DNA of 64,000 bases, taken from Eledone cirrhosa (taxonomy: Eukaryota). Position 1 is the first letter of the stretch. Every line of letters begins with the position of its first letter. Where the stretch lies: positions 6,944,001-7,008,000 of the forward strand of contig OZ024741.1 of the NCBI GenBank assembly GCA_964016885.1, given 5' to 3'. Positions 29,137 through 41,300 of this stretch are shown here, piece after piece. The position numbers and the translations under genes were made by a program. The notes beneath the pieces were generated by a model that had not been told where the DNA came from, did no database searches, and saw only the letters and a list, made by a program, of their open reading frames with translations.

Positions 29137-29446
29137 AAAAAAAAGATGCAAACCTAAACACAACAAAAATAGGGGTCGTATCATAGCGGCATGGGTTAGT
29201 AGAGAGGTGGGGGTAGTAGGTAGGAGAGAGAGGAACAGTGGGAGAGGTGCAGGGAGTAGGTAGGAGAGAGAGGAACAGTGGGAGAGGTGCAGGGAGTAGG
29301 TAGGAGAGAGAGGGCGAGATAGAGAGGGAGGGAGAGAAAGGGGAGGAATTATTATTTGAGGGAACAATGACAAAATATGACGCCATTATCATGTGTTACT
29401 TTCGTTGTGGGGTTAGGGGTGTGTAGGGGTAAGGTTAAGGGTGTTT

Positions 29447-29640
29447 GGTGGTGGTGGTGGTGGTGGTGGTGGAAGTGGTGGTGGTGGTGGTGGTGGTGGT
29501 GGTGGCAGTGGTGGTGGTGGTGGTGGTGGTGGTGGTGGTGGTGGTGGCTGTAGTGGTGGTGGTGGGGGTGGTGGTGGTGGTGGTGGTGGTGGTGGTGGTG
29601 GTGGTGGTGGTGGTGGTGGTGGTGGTAGTGGCAGTGGTGT
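29447..29640. repeat. (GGT)n microsatellite
   Basis: Trinucleotide run. Confidence 0.95.
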
Positions 29641-29719
29641 GTTTCTCGTGTTAGAGTTTATAATTACTTTTCATTCAATCACACAACAAATCTTTTTATA
29701 CGTAAATATATGGAGGGGG

Positions 29720-29804
<85 letters not shown>

Positions 29805-29902
29805 GCATATATTTATATAAATATGGACACGCACAGCCACATACGTAATAATCTCTAAACGCATCCACGTGTTTACATGTTAATGTGTGTGTGCATATAC
29901 AT

Positions 29903-29956
<54 letters not shown>

Positions 29957-29980
29957 ATGCACACACACACATATATATAT

Positions 29981-30100
29981 AATAATAATGAAATTATTGT
30001 GTACGGTGCTCAGGTGCACTACAACTCATCAAAGGTGCATGTATAATACATAGAATAATGTTCAAATGTCAGGAAAGTGAACAGTGTACGAGTTATGATA
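29981..30100 (-). mobile_element. 3' UTR/tail fragment of the same CR1-like LINE as at 30241-30705
   Basis: AATAATAATGAAATTATTGTGTA..GTGCTCAGGTGCACTACAACTC is shared with 30247-30295. Confidence 0.65.
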
Positions 30101-30240
30101 TACACGTGTGTGTGTGTATGGAGGGGGAATAACAGGTGAAGTGTTGGCGAAAATGGGCAGTTTTCGGTGCTTTCCGGACCTTTTCGGAGCTTTTCGCAAT
30201 TTCGGATAAAAGATTGTGAACCCGTGTATAATATATATAT

Positions 30241-30705
30241 AATAATAATAATAATGAAATTATTGTGTAAAGTGCTCAGGTGCACTACAACTCGTCAATA
30301 TAGTACATAGAATAATACACAAATGTCAGGGAAGTACATGCGTGTATGTGTTAGCTGTAGTGTTGGCGGATCTCGGGAAGCATGGAGGCCTTAAAGGATG
30401 CAGTGTCTCGACATCTAACAACTGATGCAGGTAGTTTGTTTCAAGGAGGCCTTAAAGGATGCAGTGTCTCGACAGCTAACAACTGATGCAGGTAGTTTGT
30501 TCCATGGAGGCCTTAAAGGATGCAGTGTCTCGACAGCTCACAACTGATGCAGGTAGTTTGTTCCATGGAGGCCTTAAAGGATGCAGTGTCTCGACAGCTA
30601 ACAACTGATGCAGGAAGTTTGTTCCATGCTTCAGCAACTCTGAGCGTGAAAAAATGTTTCCGAAAGTCATGGGAACTGTGCTGTTTTCTTACTTTGTGGT
30701 ACTCA
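30241..30705 (-). mobile_element. CR1-group LINE 3' end with an internal 61-bp tandem amplification (4 copies)
   Basis: YHKVRKQHSSHDFRKHFFTLRVAEAWNKLPASVVSCRDTASFKASM matches the CR1/L2 ORF2 C-terminal FF..RV...WN.LP..VV motif. It has an (ATT)n tail. The 61-bp unit starts at 30381, 30442, 30503 and 30564. Confidence 0.85.
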
Positions 30706-30767
30706 GGGTTGTTGTTGGCAACATGGTTAACAATTTTGTGGGTATATATACTATATATATATGTAAG

Positions 30768-30834
<67 letters not shown>

Positions 30835-31009
30835 TGTATACAGACGTACAGTAGTATGTATATATACATACATGCACACATATATATATGTACGTATGGA
30901 TTCACCGAACATTTATTATAATGCTCGGTGTGTTTGTAAACAAACATCCCGTATTAAGCCGTAGTGTCCAGCAACCATCGTTGCTCGTTTGTTCAACACT
31001 GACAAAGGA

Positions 31010-31052
31010 ACGCTGTACTAGTTTCAAGCTTATTAGCTATCGTCAGCAACGT
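31010..31052 (-). ncRNA. Minimal type I hammerhead ribozyme
   Basis: Minus strand: ACGTTG-CTGACGA-TAGCTAATAAGCTT-GAAA-CTAG-TA-CAGCGT. Stem I has 6 bp and stem III is the palindrome ACUAGU. Confidence 0.88.
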
Positions 31053-31670
31053 ATACCTTCCTGCCAGATTGTTGAACGTATATACTTACCTTATGTATAT
31101 TAACGGCTGAGTAGCTCAATTTGCATATCGAGTGGGTTAATCGGCCGGGTGCACCGATAACGATAAACGAAAAAAATGAAACGAAATTTCATTTCCCACT
31201 CTTAGTAGTTACTTAAATATAAGTATGTACACGTACATACATATATGTATACAGACGTACAGTAGTATGTATATATATATATACACACATGAACATATAT
31301 ATATATATGTACGTATGGATTCACCGAACATTTATTATAATGCTCGGAGTGTTTGTAAACAAACATCCCGTATTAAGCCGTAGTGTCTAAATGTTCGGTG
31401 AATCCATACGTACATATATATATGGGTGCATGTATGTATATATATATGCATACTACTGTACGTCTGTATACATATATGTATGTACGTGTACATATTTATA
31501 TTTAAGTAACAGCCGTACTAAGAGTGGGAAATGAAATTTCGTTTCATTTTTTCCGTTTATCCTTTTCGGTGCACCCGGCCGATTAACCCACTCTATATGC
31601 AAATTGGGCTACTCAGTCGTTAATATGCATAAGGTAAGTATATACGTTCAACAATCTGGCAGGAAGGTAT

Positions 31671-31713
31671 ACGTTGCTGACGATAGCTAATAAGCTTGAA
31701 ATTAGTACAGCGT
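31671..31713 (+). ncRNA. Minimal type I hammerhead ribozyme (inverted-arm copy)
   Basis: ACGTTG-CTGACGA-TAGCTAATAAGCTT-GAAA-TTAG-TA-CAGCGT. A C-to-T change leaves a U-G pair in stem III. Confidence 0.8.
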
Positions 31714-31894
31714 TCCTTTGTCAGTGTTGAACAAACGAGCAACGATGGTTGCTGGACACTACGGCTTAATGCGGGATGTTTGTTTACAAACACACCGAGC
31801 ATTATAATAAATGTTCGGTGAATCCATACGTACATATATATATGTGTGCATGTATGTATATATATATATATATACTACTGTACGTCTGTATACA

Positions 31895-32120
31895 TATGAC
31901 TCCAGTTCCTCAGTGAAATAACAACCCAACAAGGAACTGGGCATATCAGAGTATTGACAATATTATACACCTAAACAACATATGTACTTGTCTATACCAT
32001 TACTAATTCAAACTGCCTGAAGAGGTCACAGCCAAAGATGGCTGTCACTGAAATATATATAGCAGTAATAAACGAAGCTAAATTTTAATCATTTGACTTT
32101 TATTTAACTTTATTTTATAT
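31895..32120 (+). mobile_element. PLE-type pseudo-LTR (about 225 bp) with HHR; further copies at about 47000-47220 (+) and 47377-47598 (-)
   Basis: All three loci share CCAGTTCCTCAGTGAA..AACAACCCAAC.AGGAACTGGGCATATCAGAGTATTGACAA. An AATAAA follows the HHR. Confidence 0.8.
32012..32066 (+). ncRNA. Type I hammerhead ribozyme
   Basis: ACTGC-CTGAAGA-GGTCACAGCCAAAGATGGCTGTCACT-GAAA-TATATA-TA-GCAGT. Stem I is ACUGC/GCAGU and stem II is ACAGCCA/UGGCUGU. Confidence 0.88.
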
Positions 32121-32165
32121 ATATAATATATAAGATCAAAAGATGGTTAAATGAGTTCCATGTAT

Positions 32166-32229
32166 TTTATTATGCGCATTTCCAAAACAAATATCATCAT
32201 GCAATAACATTTGTGTTTTCATCAGATAA
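32166..32229 (-). ncRNA. Type I hammerhead ribozyme
   Basis: Minus strand: TTAT-CTGATGA-AAACACAAATGTTATT..GATGATATTTGTTTTG-GAAA-TGCGCA-TA-ATAAA. Confidence 0.75.
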
Positions 32230-32323
32230 GGTAGGAGGACATGATATGAAGGTTAAAAACATATGTTGATTTAAAACTGCACTATCCACAAGTGTTTTTA
32301 ACCTTCATATCATGTCCTCCTAC

Positions 32324-32388
32324 TTTATCTGATGAAAACACAAATGTTATTGCATGATGATATTTGTTTTTGAAATGCGCATAATAAA
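32324..32388 (+). ncRNA. Type I hammerhead ribozyme
   Basis: TTTAT-CTGATGA-AAACACAAATGTTATTGCATGATGATATTTGTTTTT-GAAA-TGCGCA-TA-ATAAA. Stem III is the palindrome AUGCGCAU. Confidence 0.85.
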
Positions 32389-32726
32389 ATACATGGAACT
32401 CATTTAACCATCTTTTGATCTTATATATTATGTATGCTCCAGTCCTACAAACTGTAGAGTGCTTCTTATCCGATATCTGCATTGCTTTATTGTACTACAA
32501 TAAAACTCACCTCCTACATATATATATATATTTAATAAATTAACAGAGAAAGCTTTAAGCAATACTCCGACCGGCTTCCGTCTCACTCAACAAACATTAG
32601 GATATACCTTAGCATAATCCCAATTATACGTTTGGGGTGCTAACTATACGTATTTTGCGGATAGCCAGTTGTATTATTTTATATGAGACATAATTAAAAT
32701 ATTAAAATACATCTCTCTCTCTCTCT

Positions 32727-32768
<42 letters not shown>

Positions 32769-33038
32769 CATACATATATATTGGTATACTGAATATTCTA
32801 GTCGCTATGTTGTGTTGGTGTATTGATAATTTTCTCTAAAATTAACAATTGTTTATTTAACTTCAAGCTGTGGGTCCACATCCCACCAAGGGGTGTGTTT
32901 CAGGAGAGAAACATTTAAATCACGTGACATCATCTCTGGCCCAAGGTTCCTGGTAGAGTTTTGGACAACAATCAGTGGGATTCAAAACCGTCACAGAACA
33001 TATATAACCGGCGGTTAGTAAAATATGTTTTTTATATT

Positions 33039-33125
33039 ATTTAATGATTCTGATGAATTCCATACAGAGGAAGGGAATGTTACTTCCTTCTGTATTTGAA
33101 TGAAACGTCTGTAAATTAATTAAAT
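33039..33125 (+). ncRNA. Type I hammerhead ribozyme in a probable PLE 3' pseudo-LTR (about 32780-33160)
   Basis: TGATT-CTGATGA-ATTCCATACAGAGGAAG..CTTCCTTCTGTATTTGAAT-GAAA-CGTCTG-TA-AATTA. Confidence 0.75.
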
Positions 33126-33289
33126 AATGTATTGAACCTTGGTTATTTACTTATTCATTACATATATATATATATATATATAAACGTTTAGAGTTGTAAG
33201 GCCAAGACAATGCAGGTATGGATATAGAATATAAATGCAAATGCAAAAGATATTGTTGACAATTAGTCTTTTACCTTAAATTTATTTAA

Positions 33290-33640
33290 ATATCCTTAAT
33301 TTTCGAGATAATATCTCTTCATAAAACAGAAAAAGATAATGGTGGAACAAAGGTTATCTCCGTTATTTCTATCTTTTGATATGCCCAGTCCCGAAGTATG
33401 GTGTTGTTTTCTCAAAGAACTGGTGACATGATTTAGAATTAACGAATTCAAGCATCAGTAGAAATAACCTTCCACCCACCGTTCAGATTCAGCCTCGCCA
33501 TTCCAATACCAAATCTATTGAATTTCTTTGGTCAGTTGTCCTGGAATCAGGTCAGTTGGTTAGGATTGTTTTTAATAACCAACAATAATAACTGTATATA
33601 CCTAGAAAATAGGGGTGTTTTGGTCTGGCTGTATTAGTGG
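33290..33640 (-). pseudogene. Possible heavily decayed PLE endonuclease C-terminus
   Basis: Scattered minus-strand motifs RNSIDL..EW, WKVIS, SKSC and ENNTIL occur in the order seen in the other PLE fragments, with many stops and frameshifts. Confidence 0.3.
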
Positions 33641-33679
33641 CAGTAGTGTTAATTTTTAACCTGTTGGCTTACACTTCTT

Positions 33680-33793
<114 letters not shown>

Positions 33794-34288
33794 GAGAAGA
33801 AAGAAGAATACTGCGTGGTTTGCACATGGGTTACATATGATAAAAATAGTCCTTCGTCAGTGATTTTCCAACCATCATTGGTATTTCTTCGCATTAAAAA
33901 TCAGATACCTCAGGTTGGTGCGAGCAATAACTAAAAAAAGTTATTGGGACCAGAATTCGCGTAAGGCGAGGGGGACAAGTAAACAATATAGAAGGATAAA
34001 AGCAAACCGAAGATAGGAAAATAAACAAGCAACATGGTTGGCCGGTCATCATAAACTGGGTGAATTTCATGAGCGAGAGAGGTACAGACCGTGTTGATGT
34101 GTGTGAGATGTGAGCAAGAAGAGACCCACACAAGCCAAACGGGAGGAAGTGAGAAGGGGAGAAACAGAGAGTGAGTGAGTGGAAGTGTGAGGAAGAGGTC
34201 AGTCGAGAGAAAGTGTAACTGACAGAAGGGGCGAAAGAAGGTGAGAGAAACAGAGAGAGCGGGGAAGCAGTAAAAGAGAAACAGACAA

Positions 34289-34319
<31 letters not shown>

Positions 34320-34337
34320 TCCTTTGTTAAATTTTGA

Positions 34338-34395
34338 ATACCTGATGATGTCACCGGATTCATACTGAACCTGATCATTGAAATGTTCATAGTAT
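34338..34395 (+). ncRNA. Type I hammerhead ribozyme
   Basis: ATAC-CTGATGA-TGTCACCGGATTCATACTGAACCTGATCATT-GAAA-TGTTCA-TA-GTAT, followed by AATAAA. Stem II is imperfect. Confidence 0.65.
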
Positions 34396-34494
34396 AATAA
34401 ACCTTTAAGGAATTACACCAGTCCAGCCTCCTGTTATTTTATAATAATTAACTCCGTACTCGCACCACCAACAATACAAACGAAGACGGGTGAG

Positions 34495-34566
34495 TTGAAA
34501 GTCGATTAAATCTCTCCAAGTGCGTTACTGGTACTTTATTTTATTGACCCCAAAGCAATGTAAAGA
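34495..34566 (-). mobile_element. SINE fragment (same family as 24484-24830)
   Basis: TTACTGGTACTTTATTTTATTGACCCC. Confidence 0.6.
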
Positions 34567-35046
34567 AAGCAATACGTATTAAATAACCAGTTGTAGTTCC
34601 ACCTCACCTTGGTGTTTCAGTTGATGTAGAACAGACGTGTTAAACTGTGTCAGAACTCCAAGACAGATGTGGAACAGACGTGTTAAACTGTCTCATATTC
34701 TTTAATCAATGTTTTCACTCAAGAAATGAAACTCTAAAGTATATAACTGATCATTTAAAGTCAAATTTTGAACGTTACAGCGATTATTGATTCAATGTTT
34801 CTCTATAATAGGTATTTTGATTTAATCCTGTTTGAGGGTAAATATATAGTTACCATATTTCTCGTCGTTGAAGAGGCTTCAACCTCGAGGACGTACTCCA
34901 GACGACAACCAAAAATTTGAAAAAATACCCCTGACATAAAAATAAGACTTGTTATTAATATTTGCTGGTAAACCCTTTTTAATATAGCACAGTTTTACTT
35001 CTTTTGTCACTTAATACTGTTCCCTTAACACTGGTTGTTTGAAGGG

Positions 35047-35219
35047 AGTGGAGATACCAGAAATATTGGTACACAACATGTAATAATATCACTCGTCTGT
35101 GGCCACGTCTACCAGACTCTGTCAATACTGGAGAGTGGAAATACCAGTAATATTGATACACAACTTGTAATAATATCACTCATCTGTTACCTAATCTGCC
35201 AGACTCTGTCCATACTGGA
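35047..35219. repeat. Two-copy diverged tandem repeat, period about 87 bp
   Basis: GAGTGGA.ATACCAG.AATATTG.TACACAAC.TGTAATAATATCACTC...CCAGACTCTGTC.ATACTGGA occurs twice. Confidence 0.8.
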
Positions 35220-35975
35220 ATGAATTTTTGTGATTGTATTTATATTTTTTTAATTTTTATGATAATTTTCTTTATTTATTACTTTAACTAAATATAATTC
35301 ATAGACTTCATTGAGAAGTCATCTACAGGAGTTCAGATTACTGTCTAGCAGTGATATATTTCCTCTGGGGTTAGGATATGTCTTTGAGAAAGGCAACCTT
35401 CAGCTTCTAGGAGGACACATAGTAGATTTTCGAGACTTATTTTAGGTAAAAAAAAAAAAAAAAATAAAGCCTTCGATACCAAGAAATACGGTAATTAAAT
35501 TTCCCTTTTAACGAAAATATATCTCTTGAATGTTTCATATCTAATGACTTTGAAACTTAGTTTGTTGAAATTACGAAGGAAGTCACAGCTTTATAGTAAT
35601 ATTTTGATTTCATAAAGAAGTGATTAAATATTTGAGGTTATTACATCCTTTGCTCACGTAGTTTGAAACATTAAAACACAGGAATGGAGATGATCGTCAG
35701 ATCGGATTAAGGAAACCAACTTTACACTGGTTTTTCTATTACTGATATTATCTGTCGGTCTCAACCTCTGTTAGAAGAGAAGGAAAGGAGCCGATCTTCT
35801 AAGGAAACAACGTTTCCATTGGTATTTCAACCTATTTCATTATTTGACTTAAATGAAAACAGGTATAAAATATAATTTAAAAAAAATTGTGAAGTTTTTC
35901 TTGTTTAGTGGTAATATTTAGACTTAGGAAACATTCTGCAGATAAATATACATGCTAAAAATATTTTTAACACTA

Positions 35976-36205
35976 CAGGGTGAGTCATAAATAACCGGTT
36001 GTCCAATATTTATATTCCAAATGATAATATAATATTGACTAAACTCTTGTTATACATATATTACGAAATTATAAATAGATCAAACAAAATAGTTTTAAAA
36101 TATAACCATGGCTAATCCCACACAAATAACCAGAAGTTCAAAAAGTAATATGTGAACCTTTCAATAAAGATGTATTGACTGCCCGGTTACTTATGACTCG
36201 CACTG
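35976..36205. mobile_element. Tc1/mariner-type MITE (about 230 bp)
   Basis: Left TIR TA|CAGGGTGAGTCATAAATAACCGG; right TIR CCGGTTACTTATGACTCGCACTG|CA (imperfect reverse complement). The TA target site is intact on the left only. Confidence 0.75.
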
Positions 36206-36284
36206 CATTTTTTTCCATTTTTCAATCTCTACAGATAAGACATACATGCAAAGACGTACACACCCTTACAATTGGAGAGATTAT

Positions 36285-36315
<31 letters not shown>

Positions 36316-36658
36316 CAGAGACACACACACACAATTATACACACATACACGCACACACACATACACACACATACACACATAAACACACGCACATACACAC
36401 AGATACATACACAAGCACACAAACACACACACTAACACACATAAACACAATACAGTTAACCTTTTAAAGTGGAAGTTATATATCTCTCTCTCCCTCTCTC
36501 TCCCCTTCTCCTCTTCCCCCCATCTCCCCCTCTCTGTCTATTCACATCTGGAGAAGAGATAGGCTCCGCCAGGTTTTAAAAGTCTCCAAGATATACAACA
36601 CTATATTAACTACGGCGGCCCTGGGAACCCATCAGGAGTTTCGGATCGTACAAGGGGA

Positions 36659-36660
<2 letters not shown>

Positions 36661-36709
<49 letters not shown>

Positions 36710-37310
36710 AGAGAGTAGAATAGAGAGAGAGAGAGTAGAAGAGAGAGAGAGAGAGAGAGAGTAGAATAGAGAGAGAGAGATAGTAGAAGAGAGAGAGTAG
36801 AAGAGAGAGAGTAGAAGAGAGAGAGAGAGTAGAAGAGAGAGAGTAGAAGAGAGAGAGAGAGTAGAAGAGAGAGAGAGAGTAGAAGAGAGAGAGAGAGAGA
36901 AGAGAGTAGAAGAGAGAGAGAGAGAGAGTAGAAGAGAGAGAGAGAAGAGAGTAGAAGAGAAAGTACAAAAGAGAGAGAGTGAAAGAGCGAGAGAGGGGAG
37001 AGAGAGTAGAAGAAGGGGGAGTAGAAGAGAGGGGAAGAGAGAGAGGTGAAGAGAAAGCGAGAGCGGGAAAGAGGGAAAGGAAAGACGCGAGGAAAATGGA
37101 GAAGGGAGGGTGGGAGAGAGGGAGAGAGGGAGAGAGAGATCGAGAGAGAGGGAGGAGGGGTTGGAGAGAGAGGGAGAGAGAGGGGTGAGTGCGAGAGAGG
37201 GAGAGAGGGGGAGTGAGGGAGAAAGGGAGAGTGGGAAGGAGGGGAGAGTGGGAGAGAGGAAGAGAGAAGTAAAGAGGTAAAGAGGGAGAGAGGTAGGGAG
37301 GGAGGGAGAG
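36661..37310. repeat. (TA)n followed by a purine-only (AG)n/GTAGAAGA low-complexity tract
   Basis: Direct reading of the sequence. Confidence 0.9.
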
Positions 37311-38300
37311 ATTAAATGTAAGCAAAACAGTGTCCATCATCCATTGATAGTGTGATTAGCTGATTAATGAGGCGGTAAATTAAAGCAATGTTTGTGGTTG
37401 AAGCAACATCAGCAGAGAAGAAAAATATAGACAGATGTGAGGGAGGAGGAGGAGGAGAGGGAAGAGGAGGCGAAGAATAAGAAAGAGAGAAAGAAGGAAA
37501 TAAGAAGAAAGGAAAGAAAAGAAAACAGAATTCTTCAATAGAAATTGATCAGTCTCAAACAAGAATTGAGAGTTGTCAGCGAGAAACTCCGATATCTGAC
37601 GAGAGTGACAAAGGTGACGAGTTTGAAATTATTGTAAGATCATTTAACTAAAATATTTTACCATATTTTGATATTGGGCACCAATAGAATTATTCTTAAT
37701 TTTAATTAAGTCCCATCGTTTAAGACCAATTCCTTTACTTCACCGAATGTTGGGACGACAACTTTCATAACTGTAAAACTACTGAAGATAGTAATAGACG
37801 TTTTAAACCAATAATTACGAAGATAAAAACGTTGAAATATTCTGGGAAGAACATTACTTTGTTTTCTTTTATTTGTCATCTTTTCTACCATATTTTACTG
37901 GTTTTTTTGAAACTTAGTCATTTATAACACATTTGAAAAGAGTGTATTAGCCCTGAAATATTATGCTGAAATATCCTGGTAGAACATTACTTTGTTTTAG
38001 TTGTCATACCCTACCCTTTATATATTTATACCATATTTTACTGGTTTTTTGAAACTTATCAGTCATTTATAGCTTCTTAATAGTCAGTATTACAGAATAT
38101 ACACAAATATTGACGTCATGTAGATACAATAATTAGTAGCAGAAAATATATTACAATATGGACCACATGTAGATATAGTAGGGGTAGAAAATATATTACA
38201 ACATGGACCACATGTATTAAAGATTTAAAATTAAGTGTTGGATTAAGTTTTTTTAAATAACATATTTCTTGCTCAGAAGTGGACTGGAGAATGTGTTGTT

Positions 38301-41300
38301 GTGATGACAGTAACAGCCATGTTGGTTGTTGTGTATAGAGAGGTGTGTAGATGACAGTAACAGCCATGTTGGTAGTTGTGTATAGAGAGGTGTGTAGTGA
38401 TGACAGTAACAGCCATGTTGGTCGTTGTGTATAGAGAGGTGTGTAGATGACAGTAACAGCCATGTTGGTTGTTGTGTATAGAGAGGTGTGTAGTGATGAC
38501 AGTAACAGCCATGTTGGTAGTTGTGTATAGAGAGGTGTGTAGTGATGACAGTAACAGCCATGTTGGTTGTTGTGTATAGAGAGGTGTGTAGTGATGACAG
38601 TAACAGCCATGTTGGTAGTTGTGTATAGAGAGATGTGTAGTGATGACAGTAACAGCCATGTTGGTAGTTGTGTATAGAGAGGTGTGTAGTGATGACAGTA
38701 ACAGCCATGTTGGTTGTTGTGTATAGAGAGATGTGTAGTGATGACAGTAACAGCCATGTTGGTAGTTGTGTATAGAGAGGTGTGTAGTGATGACAGTAAC
38801 AGCCATGTTGGTAGTTGTGTATAGAGAGATGTGTAGTGATGACAGTAACAGCCATGTTGGTAGTTGTGTATAGAGAGATGTGTAGTGATGACAGTAACAG
38901 CCATGTTGGTTGTTGTGTATAGAGAGATGTGTAGTGATGACAGTAACAGCCATGTTGGTAGTTGTGTATAGAGAGGTGTGTAGTGATGACAGTAACAGCC
39001 ATGTTGGTAGTTGTGTATAGAGAGATGTGTAGTGATGACAGTAACAACCATGTTGGTAGTTGTGTATAGAGAGATGTGTAGTGATGACAGTAACAGCCAT
39101 GTTGGTTGTTGTGTATTGTGTATAGAGAGGTGTGTAGTGATGACAGTAACAGCCATGTTGGTAGTTGTGTATAGAGAGATGTGTAGTGATGACAGTAACA
39201 GCCATGTTGGTTGTTGTGTATAGAGAGGTGTGTAGTGATGACAGTAACAGCCATGTTGGTTGTTGTGTATTGTGTATAGAGAGATGTGTAGTGATGACAG
39301 TAACAGCCATGTTAGTTGTTGTGTATAGAGAGGTGTGTAGTGATGACAGTAACAGCCATGTTGGTTGTTGTGTATAGAGAGGTGTGTAGTGATGACAGTA
39401 ACAGCCATGTTGGTTGTTGTGTATAGAGAGGTGTGTAGTGATGACAGTAACAGCCATGTTGGTTGTTGTGTATAGAGAGGTGTGTAGTGATGACAGTAAC
39501 AGCCATGTTGGTTGTTGTGTATAGAGAGGTGTGTAGTGATGACAGTAACAGCCATGTTGGTTGTTGTGTATTGTGTATAGAGAGGTGTGTAGTGATGACA
39601 GTAACAGCCATGTTGGTAGTTGTGTATAGAGAGGTGTGTAGTGATGACAGTAACAGCCATGTTGGTTGTTGTGTATAGAGAGGTGTGTAGTGATGACAGT
39701 AACAGCCATGTTGGTTGTTGTGTATAGAGAGGTGTGTAGTGATGACAGTAACAGCCATGTTGGTAGTTGTGTATAGAGAGGTGTGTAGTGATGACAGTAA
39801 CAGCCATGTTGGTAGTTGTGTATAGAGAGGTGTGTAGTGATGACAGTAACAGCCATGTTGGTTGTTGTGTATAGAGAGGTGTGTAGTGATGACAGTAACA
39901 GCCATGTTGGTTGTTGTGTATAGAGAGGTGTGTAGTGATGACAGTAACAGCCATGTTGGTAGTTGTGTATAGAGAGGTGTGTAGTGATGACAGTAACAGC
40001 CATGTTGGTTGTTGTGTATAGAGAGGTGTGTAGTGATGACAGTAACAGCCATGTTGGTTGTTGTGTATAGAGAGATGTGTAGTGATGACAGTAACAGCCA
40101 TGTTGGTTGTTGTGTATTGTGTATAGAGAGGTGTGTAGTGATGACAGTAACAGCCATGTTGGTAGTTGTGTATAGAGAGGTGTGTAGTGATGACAGTAAC
40201 AGCCATGTTGGTTGTTGTGTATAGAGAGGTGTGTAGTGATGACAGTAACAGCCATGTTGGTTGTTGTGTATAGAGAGGTGTGTAGTGATGACAGTAACAG
40301 CCATGTTGGTTGTTGTGTATAGAGAGGTGTGTAGTGATGACAGTAACAGCCATGTTGGTTGTTGTGTATAGAGAGGTGTGTAGTGATGACAGTAACAGCC
40401 ATGTTGGTTGTTGTGTATAGAGAGGTGTGTAGTGATGACAGTAACAGCCATGTTGGTAGTTGTGTATAGAGAGGTGTGTAGTGATGACAGTAACAGCCAT
40501 GTTGGTTGTTGTGTATAGAGAGGTGTGTAGTGATGACAGTAACAGCCATGTTGGTTGTTGTGTATAGAGAGGTGTGTAGTGATGACAGTAACAGCCATGT
40601 TGGTTGTTGTGTATAGAGAGGTGTGTAGTGATGACAGTAACAGCCATGTTGGTTGTTGTGTATAGAGAGGTGTGTAGTGATGACAGTAACAGCCATGTTG
40701 GTTGTTGTGTATAGAGAGGTGTGTAGTGATGACAGTAACAGCCATGTTGGTTGTTGTGTATAGAGAGGTGTGTAGTGATGACAGTAACAGCCATGTTGGT
40801 AGTTGTGTATAGAGAGGTGTGTAGTGATGACAGTAACAGCCATGTTGGTAGTTGTGTATAGAGAGGTGTGTAGTGATGACAGTAACAGCCATGTTGGTTG
40901 TTGTGTATAGAGAGGTGTGTAGTGATGACAGTAACAGCCATGTTGGTTGTTGTGTATAGAGAGGTGTGTAGTGATGACAGTAACAGCCATGTTGGTAGTT
41001 GTGTATAGAGAGGTGTGTAGTGATGACAGTAACAGCCATGTTGGTTGTTGTGTATAGAGAGGTGTGTAGTGATGACAGTAACAGCCATGTTGGTTGTTGT
41101 GTATTGTGTATAGAGAGGTGTGTAGTGATGACAGTAACAGCCATGTTGGTAGTTGTGTATAGAGAGGTGTGTAGTGATGACAGTAACAGCCATGTTGGTT
41201 GTTGTGTATAGAGAGGTGTGTAGTGATGACAGTAACAGCCATGTTGGTTGTTGTGTATAGAGAGATGTGTAGTGATGACAGTAACAGCCATGTTGGTTGT

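Larger units (their letters stand above)
30816..31897. mobile_element. Palindromic array of a 411-bp HHR-containing non-coding repeat (about 1.4 units on one strand, about 1.25 units inverted)
   Basis: CAGACGTACAGTAGTATG occurs at 30841 and 31252. Orientation flips at about 31388/31389, and each arm holds one HHR. Confidence 0.85.
32128..32427. mobile_element. Head-to-head inverted pair of about 135-bp pseudo-LTR fragments, each with an HHR
   Basis: 32128-32261 is the near-perfect reverse complement of 32293-32425, with a spacer of about 30 bp. Confidence 0.85.

Noticed and set aside
27818-29157. Cys/Val-rich ORFs here, and the poly-His/Thr/Tyr ORFs at 52.2 kb and 62-64 kb
   Set aside because: These are microsatellite translations.
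29408-29442. Telomere-like GGGTTAGGG
   Set aside because: A single degenerate occurrence, not an array.
33800-33870. Minus-strand CTGACGAAGG as an HHR core
   Set aside because: No matching GAAA, stem III or stem I partner was found downstream.
35040-35220. Fibronectin type III-like peptide in the 87-bp repeat (minus strand, YYY.LC.NI.GIS.P)
   Set aside because: Several stops in that frame and only a vague resemblance.
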